64,000 nt of DNA, taken from contig MU057880.1 of assembly GCA_013265495.1 (NCBI GenBank), positions 1,828,527-1,892,526 on the forward strand, given 5' to 3'. This DNA is from Vicugna vicugna. Its lineage: Eukaryota. The position numbers and the translations under genes are program-made. Every line of letters starts with the position of its first letter. Position 1 is the first letter of the stretch. Positions 12,010-26,800 of the stretch are shown piece after piece. The notes beneath the pieces were generated by a model. That model did not search any database, was not told the origin of the DNA, and was given only the letters and a program-made list of their open reading frames with translations.

Positions 12010-14165
12010 AACATTTTTATTTTGAGGTCATTGTAAATATCCCCTGCAGCTGTAAGAAATAATACCTTTTAACCAGTCCTCCTTTACGGTAATACTTTGA
12101 AAGTCACAGAACAATGTCACAACCAGGACAGTGACACTGACACAGCCATGATACAGAAATCGTCCCTCACCCCAAGCATCCCTCATGGTGCAGTATCCCT
12201 CCTGCTCCTTAACTCTGCTCCCACTAACAGGAGAACTATATAAATGAAATCATCTAACATACAGTCTTTACATTGGCCTTTGTCACTCAGTTTAATTCCC
12301 TTGAGATTCATCTAGATTCCTGCAGGTATCAATACTTTGCTCTTTTTTAGTGTTAAACAGTATTCCATGGTGTGGATGTACCAGTTTGTTCAAACTTTCA
12401 CTCAGGGAAGGACATCTGGGTTATTTACAGCTTTGGACCTTACATGCAGAATTACTATAAACATTCATGTGCAGGTTTTCATGTGAACATGAATCTTCAC
12501 TCTCTTGGGCTAATAGCCTAATAGTGCAATTTCTGGGTCACATGACAATTGCATGTTCTTTTTTTTTTTTATAACAGAGTCAAACTGATTTTGAGTGTAG
12601 TTTTTCCATTTGACATGGACACCTGCAATGTGTGAGTGATCAAGCTTCTCTACTCTCTTACCAGTGTTTAATCCTGATGCTATTTTTTATTTTACCCATT
12701 CTGATCATGTGTACTAGTATTTTACTCTTGTTTTAACTTGCATTTCCCTAATGGCCGATATTGAGCATTTCCCAAATGGCTGATGATACTGAGCATTTCT
12801 TTCATGTGCTTATTTGCCATCTTCTTCATTGAAATATATCTTGATGTATTTTTCCCATTTTCTAATTGGATTGTTTATCTTTTTAATATTGACTTTTGGG
12901 AGCTCTTTATATATTCAAGATACTAGTCCTTTTACAGATATGTGATTTGCAAATATTTCTACCCACTTTGTAGCTTGGCTTCATTTTCTTTTGCAGGCAA
13001 AGTTTTCAATTTTGATGAAGTCCTGTATTCCAGGATTTTTGTTTTATGAACCGTGGTTTTGTTTTTCTGTGAAGTTGGAGGATTCTTGCCTTAACCTGAA
13101 GAATTTCTCCTATTTGTCTCCAAAAGTTTTATAGTTTATGTTTAATTACACAATTCATTTTGAGTTAATTTTTGTATAAGTTGTAAAACTGAGGTAAGGG
13201 TTTTTTTTTTTCTTTTTCTTTTTTGGCTATGAATGGTCAATTGTTCCAGTACCATTTGTTGGGAAAGCTATCCATTCAATGGATAATGGCTTTATCACCT
13301 TTATTGAAATCAGTTGCATATATTTGTGCTGGTCCATTTTGGATACTTTGTTCCAGTCCATTGATCTATGCGTGTCTATCCTTCCACCAACACCACAGAG
13401 GTATGTTTACTGTTACTATTTAATAATTCTTGAAATTAAGTAACTGATTCCTCCAACTCTACTTGTCTTCTTCAAAATACTCTTTTCTATTCTCAGTCCT
13501 TTGCAGTTCTATATAAATTTTAATATGATCTTGTCTGTTCTACAGAAAATCTTGCTGGGATTCTGATCAAAATTGCATTAACCCTGTATGTCAATTTGGG
13601 GAGAACTGACATCTTTACTATGTTGACTCTTCCAATTCATGAACATAGTATGTGTCTCCATTTATTTAGGTCTTTTAGGTTTTTTTCCTTCAATGTTGTA
13701 CAGTTTTCAGCATACAAATTCTGTACTTATTTTATTAGATTTATGCTTAAGTATTTTAATTTTTGAGGAATTGTGAGTGGCATTGCACTTTTAGTTTCAG
13801 TTTTCACATATTCATTGTTAGTAGATAAAAATGCAATTGATTTTCATATGTCAATCCTTGCTGAAGTTTTGGGGATATTTTGGGGGTTTTGGTACATTTC
13901 TTGAGATCTTCTACATAATTAAATATGCTGTCTGTGAATCAGGATGGTTTTAACTTTTTCCTTTCCAATCTGTATACTTTATTTCTTTTTCTTGCTTTAT
14001 TGGTTAAAACTTCCAAAACTATGTTGAAAAAGAGTGGTAAGGGTGTACTTCTTTGTCTTCTTCTGTCTTAAAGGGAAAATATTCAATCTTTCAACATTAA
14101 GTATAATGTAAGCTGTAGGTTTTCTGTAGATTTTCTTTGTAAAGTTGAGGAAATTTCCCTGTTTA
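12010..14165 (-). mobile_element. Old L1M (L1MB/MC-like) 3'UTR and ORF2 3' part
   Basis: T-rich with L1 antisense motifs such as ttcatgtgcttatttgccat, ttccagtaccatttgttg, ttccaattcatgaacat. Confidence 0.85.
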
Positions 14166-15599
14166 CCAGCCACTTTACTGGCACACCAATGACACTTTTC
14201 TAAAAATTGGACAAACTACTGAATTCCCTAAGGCTATGTTGAGAAGACAAATCATATAATTTTGATGTTTAGTTCTATACTTAGAAGTGTTATTAAGGCA
14301 ATGGGAAATAAAAGGATGAAGCTGAGGGAATAGAAGTAACTCAAAGATAAGATGAAGTCATCATCAGAGTCTTAAGTGTAGAAGGGATTTCCTCAAACTT
14401 GCATATGCCTGCCTCCAAACCCAAGCTCCGGAATGCTTTACTGCTCAGTTATAGAGTAGAGTATAGATTTTGTCAAAGGATGTGTTTATCAATTATCAGG
14501 AACACAAACACAGTCTAAAGCACATCCCTCTTCTTTCAAAATACTTGAGAATGTGTTAGAATTTTCTCAGTCTACACATTTTATTGGATGCAAGGGTGCA
14601 CAAAACTTTGTCTCACAAATAAATATGCTAGATCATGTATTCCAGTTACAACTTCCTTGTTCTTTCTCTTTTTTCTCTTTTAGTAAATATTTATTGAGTT
14701 TCTCTAAGAACCAATCTTTGCTGCCTTGTAGGAAAACCAGTATTTCTGTTACGCTGTTGTGGATGGTCCTCAACTAGGACTAGAGGCATGGCAAACCTAT
14801 CTCAGGAGAAGTTCGCCACTGAAAGACTGAGTAAGTAGCTCAGTCACCTTGGATCATATATTTGCTGTTGCACAAAATCCCCCGTGATATCAGCAGCTGT
14901 ATGCTTTACATCAAAGACTTCAGAACAAAAGCTAAGAACATTTAAGGAACTTCTGGAGAACATTGCTTTCTTCTATTATAAGAGGGATGGAAAAGAAACT
15001 ATTTCATGCAGAAGGCTACTGAGCAATGCTGGATTGGAGAATATTTTTCCAAAATCAATAACTCAAATGTTTAATAAACAGGGCCATTCTATATTTAGTA
15101 ACAAAATGAGATGAAAAGACCATTTGGAGGACCTTGCTTCATACCACTTTTTACACCTAATACCAGTCACTAAATTGGTGCTTGACAAATGTCTGTCTCC
15201 TAATTGCAAATCAGTGCCTTCCTCATAGCACTGCACTCCCCTCATTTTTGGTCAAATAAAAATATAATTCACATTAATAAGATACTAGAAAAAATATATT
15301 ACTGATGGAAGATAATCACACATTATTGTACACTCTCATTTTTGATTAATAATTTATAAGGTGAAGCAATAATTTACAAGATGAAACAATAATAATTAGT
15401 AACACATATTTTACATCCATCCACGTGCTGAGTAATCACGTCAATACTGGGGGCTAAATTTACTTTTCAACTTTCCAAAGCGATATTAGATAGTATTGAG
15501 GTAGAATCACCCACTGGAAATTGAATGGAAGGATATATAGCAATGATTTTAATGGAATGTTGACTTTGTGTCAAGCAGAGGAGAGGAGTTATGTGTCTA

Positions 15600-16370
15600 T
15601 TAATCCTACGCTGTTTGGCTATCTCGATAAGACAGTGTCCCTTGTGCTGGAAATACAGTGGTGAATCCTGTATTTTGGAGGGAGAGAGAGACAGTAAACA
15701 AGAAAGTACATAAGGCACCTGTGGTCAATGATAACTGTTAAGAAGAATGTACAACAGGCTAACTTAATAGAAAGAGACTGGAGGGGGGTAGCTCTTCTAA
15801 ATGGGACTCTCGGGAAGACTAAAGTCCAAATGACAAGAAGGGACTTGAAGGGAGAGGCAGGGGAAGAACTCTGCAAGCAAAGGGGACAGCATAGGCAGGG
15901 GCCCCAAGGCAAGTACAGCCTGGCCTCATCGAAGGACAGGATCAGAGGGAGGGAGGGGACAAGTCAAGGAGACACGGGAACTCGTGGTGCTGAAGAAGTT
16001 TGGATTTATTCTGAATACGATGGACATTTTAAGCAGGAGATAAATATGATATTTTATATATATTTTTACAAGATCTCTCCAGCCACTGGGCAGATGACAT
16101 GTGAAACGCTAAGACTAAAGAGTCACATGTAGAAGCAGAGTGACCATTTAGGAGGTGAATTGCATACTTTGGAGAGGGAACGATCATTGTTGGGTGGATG
16201 TGATAACACCCAGGAGACAATGAGGTGCGTGGATTCGGAGTGTAATTGGAAGGCAGAGCTGACAGTCTTTGGTAATTTCTGGAGTTTAGGAACTGGAAGC
16301 TTACCAGGGAAGGGGAGTCAAGAATAGTACCCCAATTTCTTAGCGTAGTTTTTATCAGTGCCATTGAGAT
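15600..16370 (-). mobile_element. LINE-2 fragment
   Basis: tttggatttattctgaatacgatgg...ttttaagcagg...ttggaaggcagagctgacag; boundaries approximate. Confidence 0.55.
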
Positions 16371-16402
16371 TCCTTTATTTCCCATGTTAAGACTTCAGGG
16401 AA

Positions 16403-16541
16403 GGGGAGGGTGTAGCTCAAGCGGTAGAGTGAATGCTTAGCATACACAAGGTCCTGGGTTTAATCCTCAGTACCTCCTCTAAAAATAAATAAAACTAATT
16501 ACCTCCCCCCACAAAAGAAATAAAATAAATTAAAAAAAAAA
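16403..16541 (+). mobile_element. tRNA-derived SINE (camelid Vic-1-like)
   Basis: A box tagctcaagcgg, B box ggtttaatcc, taattacctcccccc segment, A-rich tail. Confidence 0.85.
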
Positions 16542-19500
16542 GATTGCCAGTGGTCGTTAAAATTCTGACGTCACAGAGGATGAATGAGACATTCAGGTAG
16601 AGAAGGGACTTGCCCAATATCACACAGGGAGGGAACGCCAGGATCAAGGTTCAAGTCCAGAGAGTAGTGTGTTATTTCCACATCATCACACTCGGTAACA
16701 ATGCACCTCTAAATTTCTCCTGGCTGCTTTGACGAGATCAGAGAATAAAGAACTGCAAGGACTAGCTGAACAAGACAGCACCTGGTACAACAAAGCTGGA
16801 ATCAGCAGGCATTTCTGTCAGTAGCCGGCCTGCTAACCCACCAAAAGCACTGGTTCGTTCCACCAAACCCAGACCTTGCCTGAGAATTTCAGTTGAAGGG
16901 GAACTCACCGCAGATGGTTACGTTTGGCATCACTTTTTAAATTGTCAGATCTGCCCTCTGACTTCCTCATTGGTGCAGTCAGGCTCCCATGCAAGACCTC
17001 ATCCACAGGTACAACACAATCATGAAAATGGTCAAAGGTAGAATTGTTTCCTGCCAGGAAAATATCCTCGCTCCCTGCACAGTGGTTTGAGAATAGAATT
17101 GAGACACCTTAGGGTTTTGAGCTGGTTGTGTATCTTGCTTTCAACAGCACATATGCTTTTAAGAGAATTACTTCATTTTCCCAGGGGCAGTATAGGTTTA
17201 AAAAATTGTATATACATCCTTGACTAAAAAGGCAATTTTTTTTTCTGTTTCAGAAAGGATTTTCAGGTTGTAAGAGCAATATCTGCTATCTGCCATTAGA
17301 TCAGTTCTACACTGTTAATGGTCTTTGTGCCGCCTTTCTATGGAACTTTCTTCCAGTGCCTAAAATAAAATCAGGAAGGAAGGTTGGAAGGCAGATGCCT
17401 TCACAGCTGCATCACCTCGGTCTGGGGAACAGTGATCACGTTGGGTGCAGAGAGCATGGCCTCTGTCCAACCTTCTTTGTCCTCCCACCCTTAAGGTATA
17501 GCAGGGGGAAAAGTCAGCGGTGGTTTAACTCATGAAACAACTCGAAGAAGACATCTCACCTGCTACAGGATCAAGAAAACCACACGTGAAACACCCGATT
17601 CAATTATCTTTGTTGTTTTTTTTAAATAAATATAGGAGCTATGTTGAAAAACAATAACAAATTATTAAAAAAGAAAGCTTTTTATCGTTAATGTCCTCCT
17701 GCCTATTGAAGTTCCCGTTTCTTCAACAGCTGCCTTATGAAAAGATTCAATTCGTTCCATTTTAGCTTTGCAAGGAAAAGGAAGTCTCTCTGCTCTATGG
17801 ACAACCATTTCCCTAAAATACCACAACCATTTGCCTAGAAAAACCATACTTTTCATGATCTATGTCCTGAAGAATATTACGTTTACCCAAAGGGAAGAGA
17901 TTCAAAATAGATGCTACACCCTAAACTGTGTGGAAGGGGAGACTTTCCCTGGCGTGAGTGAATTTCCAGGTAGGTGAAGACTGCTTCACAAAGGTACCTT
18001 CAAATGCTATTTCAGAAGGAGTTTTCAGGCTGCAGTTAACTTTCCCCTTCATTATCCCTGTCAATTTAACAAAAATGTAGCACAAAGGAACATTATAATG
18101 ATTTACGATTCTTTGTGGTATATGTTGTGTAGAAAAATCAGTAGACGAATGAGGTAAACTCATAGCTATTATTGTGAAACTGTAATTCATTTTCATGAAA
18201 TATAAATGGTAGTCTAAAATAGAAGCAAGGAAATTAAACCGATAAAGGCATGCCAATCAAAGGTGTAGACAATGATTTATGTAATTTGATATTCGGAGAA
18301 ATGTTATTAATATCATAAATTTAAAAATAGCCTTCAAGCTTAGCGATGGGAACTTAATCATGCAAATAAACTCATCATAAGCCCTTAGAGTAATGTTTCT
18401 GCAGACTGGTGATCTAAGGAAATGCTCATATTATAACTTGACATGGTACAGCAAAGTAACGTAGGTCAATTTTACCTTAGACCAAGTACTGTTATGTACC
18501 TTAAAGCATATCGTGTAGTCTCCACCCTTCTGAGAAAAAATCACTGTTATTATCTTCATCTCCCTGATGTGTTGAGAGTAGGGAGATTAGATAAATTTCC
18601 AACTAACACATAAGAGTTGGTAGAGTACTTATTTAACTGGAACCAGAATTCCCTGCTTCCCAAGGTCATGCTCTTAATTATGCCTTGGCCTGACTTTCCT
18701 TAGCATTGTCGCAAATACTCAGCTTAACTATCTTCAGCGTGATTGGATTTCGTTTTTGTTGTTTATTGCTCTCATGCTGATATGAAGGAAACCAAACATT
18801 CAGAACCAGTGCAATTCCAGCCACAAATTTGAATAACAAGGTACCCACTGTAACTCTGATGGGCTTAGAAATGTGCAGCCCTGGCGTCTCATTAATATGA
18901 GAAAGTTGGGGTTGGCAAAACTCTCCTGTTCTAGTGACCATGATAACCACAGTAAGTAAAGTTTTCATGAACCTTATTTTGTGTGTGTGTGAATTTCTAC
19001 ACTGTACCTTTATCCATTTGGTCCCTGTTCTTGGTACTCACTGAATAAAGAAAGCATGATATTCGATATGCATCAGTTTTACATTTTTTTGCATAGACAT
19101 CTGAGGGGATATTAACTCTGCCTCTTCCTTTGTGTAACTGCCCGCAGCTTATCTGGTTAATTTTAGGTGTCGCCTGGTATAGGAATTCCTTTAGGTCCAT
19201 TCTGCCTGATACTCCACAAACGTGACTGCTTACAGGACACTGGACTCTACTGGTTTTCTTCCTTCCTCACTGGCTGCCTTTTCCCATCTTCTCCACCAGC
19301 TCCCCCTCAAATCCCCACTTGTACACATCGGAGTGTCCAAGACTCAACACGGGGACCTCTTTGGTGATATTGTATCCGTTCCCATGGCTTTAAATGCAGT
19401 CTTCATCGATGACTCTCAAATTTCATATCTCAGCACAAGCATTTCCAAGTGCTCATTTGACAGTCTCACTTGGGGATCTAAGTATTTCAAACTTCCATGA

Positions 19501-19788
19501 CCAAAATAATCCTTGATTTTTCATGCTAGCAAATAAACAAAATCAAGCAATGAAACAAACAATAATTTTTTAAAAACCTGTTCCTGCTTCCTCCCATTTC
19601 CAGTCTCAGTAAATGTTGCCACCATCATTCACCCAGTGACCAAGCTTATGCCCTCATCCAAAATCCACCATCACAGCCTTGAGGCTGTATCGTCAAAGTG
19701 TACCCCTAATCCATGCATGTCTCATAGCACCCCCAGGGTTCATGGTCCCCTGTACTCAGCATAACCTCTAATTGAACTACTTACTTTT

Positions 19789-19858
19789 TAAAAATTATTG
19801 AAGTACAGTCAGTTACAATGTGTCAGGTACAATGTGTCAATTTCTGGTGACACATCTC
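19789..19858 (-). mobile_element. Very short (~70 bp) L1 3'-end insertion with 16-bp TSD
   Basis: ttgaagtacagtcagttacaatg flanked by tgaactRcttactttt at 19773-19788 and 19859-19874. Confidence 0.75.
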
Positions 19859-20154
19859 TGAACTGCTTACTTTTGCTCACAATCCTCTGCGTCTACTGTC
19901 AGACTTACCAAATTTCTATTTCCAGCTTACATGTTCACCCACTCGATGACCCTGTAGGAGTCACTTAATTTCTGCATCTAAGTTTCCTCACTTGTCAAGT
20001 AAGGAAAATAACAAAATCCACCTCATAGATGTGATTTGAGGATGGGATAAGATATTTGAGATAAAACACTTTGCACAAGTTAGCACCCAGTAAGCACTGG
20101 CCAGCTATTAGTGATGATTATTTTCTGAACCGCAGCCAATCTGAATGCCGATCT

Positions 20155-20620
20155 CCGTCTCCCTTGACGTATGATGGAGTGACATCCCTATAAACCCATC
20201 CTACAATGAAAATACTTCAAGTCAAAAGTACACTGAATACACCTCGCCTACCAGACATCGTAGTTTAGACTAACCTACCTTAAAAGTGGTCAGAACATCA
20301 GCCTGCAGTTGGACAAAATCATCTCATACAAAGTCTCTTTTACAATAAAGTGTTCACTCTCCCCTTGTATACAGTCCTGAAAGTGAAACACAGGTGGTGG
20401 TAGGTGTACCCAATGTTTACCCTCGTGACAGCTGCCTGCTGGGGCTGCCACTGCCCGGCCCCAGGAAAGAGGATCATGCTGTGCATCCCTAACCCAGGAA
20501 AAGATAAAAATTCAGAATTTCAAGCACGATTTCTACTGAACGTGTGTGGCTTTCACACCACAGTAAAGTTGAAAAATCTTCCGTCGAACCAGGGTAAGTC
20601 AGGGACCAGGATCATCTGTA
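20155..20620 (+). mobile_element. MER47B/Tigger5-like TcMar DNA transposon
   Basis: tatgatggagtgacatccctataaacccat...aacctaccttaaa...tttctactgaa...gtcgaacc...gtaagtcagggacc. Confidence 0.8.
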
Positions 20621-23600
20621 CATAAATTCCTTCAAGACATCTGCTTGTTCCAAATTCTCTGTTGACACTCATTGTTCTTGAATAAAACATAAGTCCCTAA
20701 CACGCCCTCAGACCTAAAAGATCAGGATTGCTGGCACAGCCGCTCCCACTTCTAACTACTGTCTCCCAGCTCACGGGGTTCAAGCCATTTATTTCCTACA
20801 GTTTCCTGAATCTTCTAAGCGATTTCAGCCTCACTTCACACTTCCAGGTACCTCTGCTGGCAACCCTTCAGCCGGACTGTTGCAAAACTTTCTCATTTCA
20901 TTTATGGTTTTGCTCAAATTTTACCCAAATCTCAGGGTTGACATGCCTCCTCTACCTACTGTCTCAAAAACAACAGCTCTAAACACTCTCCATCTCTTTA
21001 CCTCGCTTTATTTTGTTTCATGGACTCATCACCATTTGATATATCTATCTGTCCATTTGTTTAGTTCCAATTCTCCTTAAAAGAGAATAATCACCATGGG
21101 GGAAAAAAGACTTATTTCATCAAGATTTCCTTCCCTGTTTCCAGCACCAGGGATGCTCCTTAGCAGTAATGGGTGTGCAATGAATATTTAGTGAGTGATA
21201 GTGTAAAATATAGTGTAATTATCTTTCTATGTGTCTGTCTTTCCCCGGTAGACATCAACCTCCCTATTTTCATGGCTTGAAGAGTCATGAACATCTAACA
21301 AATATTTGTGAGAATTTACTAGTGAATGAATGAACATCATATACTCAGGAGGGCCATCCCACGGAAGATGTAATTAAGGAAGGTGTGATGTAGATGCAAT
21401 TCCATACAATGAATTTACCATCAAAACTATCTCTTTTCTTTCTCAAGTTATCATTTCTGATGAACATTTCTGTTCCTTTTGGTGGATTAAGCACAGTTTA
21501 GATGCTACAAATATGGATCGTTGGTTGCACAATAGAAGCAGTTGCTAGTGCCTCTGACACTTAGAAATAGACCCAATTATTAAAAGCCAAAAAATTGGTA
21601 TTTTTGAGCAGTCATTGACAAACAGTAGGCTCAACTCAACGTGCGAGATTCTCCTTGACTTTGAACATGAGTAGGTCTTTTTCATGGATTATTGTGGCCT
21701 CAGTGCTGAATTCCCGTGGCAAAAATAGCATTTGAGAAACAGACAGAGGGCATAAGATTGAAGACAGAAGTGCCATCACAGTGCCCGGCAGGGGGCTTGG
21801 GAAAGATCAGACGTGCTGTGTTAACCAGTCAGACTCTCTGAGTGTGCTCATGCTTTGAAATATTTCTGACTATAGGATTTTTCCAGGGTCTTTGCTAGCA
21901 GTTTATATTGTGAGAAATATATTTCCTCTGAAATGCTCTTTGATAAAACCTGCTACTGAAAAAACAGCAGAAATGATCTCTGTTGAAGAAACTGATTGAG
22001 ATATTTTTACTACCAAAAGGGAGGGAGTCCAGATCCATTTATCTTTTTAAGAACAAATTGGAAATCTTCATTGAGGAGACGTGTTTTCTTCTATTCTAGG
22101 ACCCCAAGACGATTCCAAGGTAAGCAAAATGCACCCCCTTGGAAGCATGTGGGCAGGTCATTCTGGGCGGGACCCTAACCACACGCATGTTCCCTCCCTG
22201 GAGACGAGAGCAGAGTGTCACATACAAAGGTCAGGGGTGGAGGCCCTGGAAGTTCTGAGTCTGACACTTCCTAGCTTCCAGAATATGGGCAGGTTTCTTA
22301 CCAGACCTCCATCACCACCGTTTGTCACCATGACTCCTGTCTAAGATGTTTGCTACAGGGAGCAGATGAATGTCACCTGTGCTCAAGCAACACCATCCTC
22401 CAGAAGGCAGACAATGTGACCCTTGCTATGGGTACCTGCTGAACGAAATGCTTCAGAGGCTACAGAGAAGCAGAGGGGAGAGGAGCTTGCCCCAGCTGGT
22501 GAGCAGGATGGAGCCTGTTCTCGGCTGGCGCTCCACACCCTAGACTATCTGGTGTTTTCCACTTTCCAAGGTTGGCTGTGAGCCGCCTCCTCTGCCTGAA
22601 AGGGTCTCCCTCCAACACATTGTCCCATTTCCTCCAACTCCTCTCTCCTTGTTTGTACGTCTCAGCTGACCTGCCCTCTTCCCGAGGAGGCTGTCCCCAC
22701 CTACCTCCTTCCCAGGCACTTGCTTTGTGTTGCAACTCAGCTTTTCCTGTGGTTATTGTGCAAGATCTCTCTGACCCATCACACAGGAGGTTCCAGACGG
22801 GTGAGGACTCTGGGTGTTCTAGTCAACACTTTATCTTCCGAGTATGATACAGAAGCCCCCTGCCTGAGTGGGTGCTCAGTAAAGATTTTTGGATGAATTA
22901 ACAAATAATTTAAATAGAAGACACATTATAGCCAGAAAAACCTTGTCTCATTCTATAGTATAGAGCCATTCATGTAACGTTCTTTCAATAAATGTCCACT
23001 CAGGAAGTTGTAACTGACTACACTTCAGTAAAAAATGTATTAGGTGGTGGAGGAAGATTTAAAAAAATTATCCATTCAGGAAATAAACATATAATTAAAT
23101 GTAGGCACAGGCAGTTAACATGAGGCCCCTGGGAAACCGATATTAGACCATCAAGACATGATCTTTGACATAAGGAACAATACTTGATCGCTAAAAATGA
23201 AATGAATTACAATTTCAGGAACACCAACATTAAAGACTATGGGTTGATATTTTTCTATTGGATTAATGTTCAAAATACCTTGACGAGTTTTTGCATCTAT
23301 TCGTAAGTGAGAAGTGTGAGTTGTGAAAGATCAGCTCTGGAAGGCTTTCTCCTACGTTTTACAAAACTGATGAAAATGCTACTCATGTTTCTCGACACAT
23401 AAGGAGGGTCAGATTTACAAGAGTAGCCTAAGGGTCAAACGTAACCAAAGATGGACTTTCCAGACGGAGGGACAGTTTTCACTGGGAAGATAATGATTTC
23501 AGTTTTGAGTCTGTTCAGACTGAAGTGCCTCTGGAAATTTCCAGCTGTCGTTGAAGCTTTGGAGCAAATTATCTAATTTCTTCGCCTCTGTTTCATTCAG

Positions 23601-23872
23601 GTACAATGACTATGTTAATAGTATCAGACTTATATTGGTCCTAGATTAGAAGCTTTGGTGTATGTAAAGTGTTTAAAACAGTGACTAGCAGCTAATGGAT
23701 ATTCAATGAATAGCAGTTATAATTAATAATGTCAAGATGCTAATAATAATCAGTGCACTAGACAGTTGAGTAAACAGATCTAGTCCTGATTAAAGAGATC
23801 AGAGCCATCCACACGCATCCAGGAAAACTTCAGTGATGCTGATCAAATCCACAGGGGGAAAAGGATTTCCCC

Positions 23873-23891
23873 AGAGAGAGAGAGAGAGAGA
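23873..23891. repeat. (AG)n microsatellite
   Basis: Direct reading. Confidence 0.9.
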
Positions 23892-26800
23892 CCATAACCT
23901 GAGAAGATTTGAGATAAGAGGGGAAAAAAATCTGGGAACACTTATATTCCTATTGAGGATAGGAAGGGTTTAGTCAGAGAAAGAGACTAAGAAGAAATCA
24001 AATAATACAGGCCTTTTCGAAAGGAAGTCATTCTAAAGATGGTTAAACAAAATGAATTTCTATTGAGTTGGGAGATATTTGCAGGAATCTGGTCATCAAA
24101 TAGGATTTAAATAGAACAGCATTATCTGAAAATAATGTGCTACAACGAAGTCTCTTTGGAGAAGCGGATAATTTATGTTGAATTTTCTGAGCAATTCTGC
24201 TCAGGCTCCAAACTCAGACAAACAGAAACTAATGGGATGCGCTCTCTTTAACGGCAGTTTAGCAATTTTCCGTCATCCCTGGGCACATCTGTCGGGGAGC
24301 TCCCCGTCGTATAAGACGTGTTAGACTGGTCTTTCCGAGGACACATACCCCCTCCCCTGGGACTTCACTAAGTACCCTTTTCTCTACTTCATTATCCATC
24401 CAGTGATGCTTTTCAGGGATGCTTGAGCACTCCCTCTGGCACTCTGATGAGTGCAATCCTTAATTCATTTTTATTTTTAAGATTCTTTTTTTTTTATCAC
24501 GTAGCATTTATTGGGAACTGTACCTTCCCACGTGGGGGTTACAAGTGTTATACCACACGCTCCTGTACAAAACCTGCTTCCATCTCTCACTGGCTCTGTG
24601 ACTCTGAACAAATTATTTTACCTCTCGGTGTCTTTGTGTCTCAGAATCCCCATCTGAGGTTGATACTCATAGCATGCATTTCCCAGTGTGATGCCTGAAT
24701 CAGAGTATGTGCTCTGTAAGTGTAAACTGTTATTATCGTAATTTTGAAGAAGTGTGAGGTACTCAAGGATGAAGAAGGCATATTTGCTCCCTGCCTTCAG
24801 GAAGCTCATGCTGTAATAAAGGAAATGGATGTTGAAGCAAATCACTGAAAATACAGCATTGCTGTTGCTATGGGTACATTGGAGAGACTTCTGCTAGGTA
24901 CCGCATTTGAACTCAATCAGCTTCGCGTGGGAGTTGGTGGGGGTGGGCATGCAGATTATGCGTTACAAGAAAGGCAAATCTCAGCTTGAGAGATTATTTG
25001 GCTTATGTTAAATTATGTAGAAGAAAGATTTCTGGTTCAGTACACTCCTATTTCACTTTGAATCACTTGGTTCTAAAGCCAACTTCTCAACTGTGTGAAT
25101 ATTCAGTTGCAAACACCAGGGGACTTGCTGAAACCATACCTCGGCATACCAGTCTAGAAAAATAACAGCCTGTGAAAAATTAGCGATAGCTATGTGAAAA
25201 TACTTTATTTGAAAAAAAACCCCAGATATACCACTTTAACTTTAGATCCTTAAAACAGAAAAATCAGAAAGTTACGTATGTGAAGAGCAATCAGTGGCTT
25301 AATTCAAACCTATCACTGGGCAGCTAAAGAAAATAAAGTCAAGTGGTGTGTCAAGGACTCATCTGGCCATAAATGATCTACTGTAATGTAATCAAATGGC
25401 ACCAACCCTCTGGGACAAAGGGAGCAGTGTAAGATGATTGGTTTGATTAAAAGCAAACTAGCAATAATAAAGCAAACAAATCAAAAAATAAAAAATAAAA
25501 AAGAGAGAGAAAGATTTCTGTAGTCTTATTGATCAGGAAGGGGACATAGAAAGGCCACGTGGATGCCTGGGACTGACAGCTGGTCACGTGGAAAAAGCAC
25601 ACTATGGGAAACATAAAAAGGTGAAACAAAGTGAAAATAGTAACTCATGGATGCTTTTCAGTCGTAAGTGATAAAGCTTGTGGTTGTGAAAATGTCTTCT
25701 TGTTTGGCTATTGTGTTGCATTGTATCAGGAAAGACATCATGGTAACAGGAATGTAAGAACATGTAAACAGTGAATATAAACCAGAGACTCAAACATGAA
25801 AATCCTTGGAAATGTACACAATACCATAAAAATAATAAATTTTTATATGCAGAAGCTTTATATAATCTTCAAGGCCAGATACTAATATTTTATCATTTAA
25901 TAGAGGTGAACACCACTCTTTTTATAAACTTTTTAAAACTAAACATTAAAGTGCATACTTGACATAATCTATCCAGTTCAACTTTCTACTTGCAGAATGT
26001 TTCTACATTTTCTAGAAGACAATTAATGTGTAAGAATGGCAATTTATGTTTGGATATGGAAGCCCACCTTTTTCAAAAAGGTTTTAGGACACCCAGTATT
26101 CAAAGATCAACATGCATATTTCCTTACCAATTATTAGGCTGAAAGATTGTTTTCTTCATAAGTATTTACAGCATCAAGAAAAAGAAACATCAGGACTTAC
26201 TTTTTTAAAAAAATCTATACCGATAACATTTAAACTTGTGTTCGACTAGCTGCCATGTTGTTTCCCTGGCCAGTTCTACGCCATTATCTGATTCAGAGTA
26301 GGAAATGTTTCTGGATACAAATTCAATCTCAAGAGTGCATCCTAATTCAAAAGTTAAGCCAATAGTTACCAAAAAATGTGTCCCTCTGGATAAAGCATGC
26401 TCACTTTTCAAATATATCACTGTCTAAGAACTAAACCAAACCCATCTGATGAAGGGCAGGGGAATGAAAATAGTATTGGGTTAGGAGATCAATCCTGGGT
26501 TACAATCCTGACTTCTAACTTCTCCTTTGTCGGCTGCACAAGGTCGGCCAATGACTTAACCCCTCTGCACCTCAGTCAGAATATCACCAGGGAAACGGGT
26601 GTCCTGAAGACGAATCTTTGAAAATTTTACTGGTAATCACCCTTCGACACTGGAAACCGTTACTCGGATACTTGGGGTGTGTCCTTTCTTCCTAACTCCA
26701 GAAAACTATTTCCAGATGTTGAAGCACAATTTTATTCATCATAAGTTTTTTTTTAATCCTAGTACTTTAATTCTTTTTATTGCTGAATAATAATTCATTG

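Noticed and set aside
16403..16480. tRNA-Ala-like sequences here and at 39667, 49941, 50535 and 50895
   Set aside because: Degenerate cloverleaf followed by a non-tRNA segment and A-rich tail, so SINEs rather than tRNA genes
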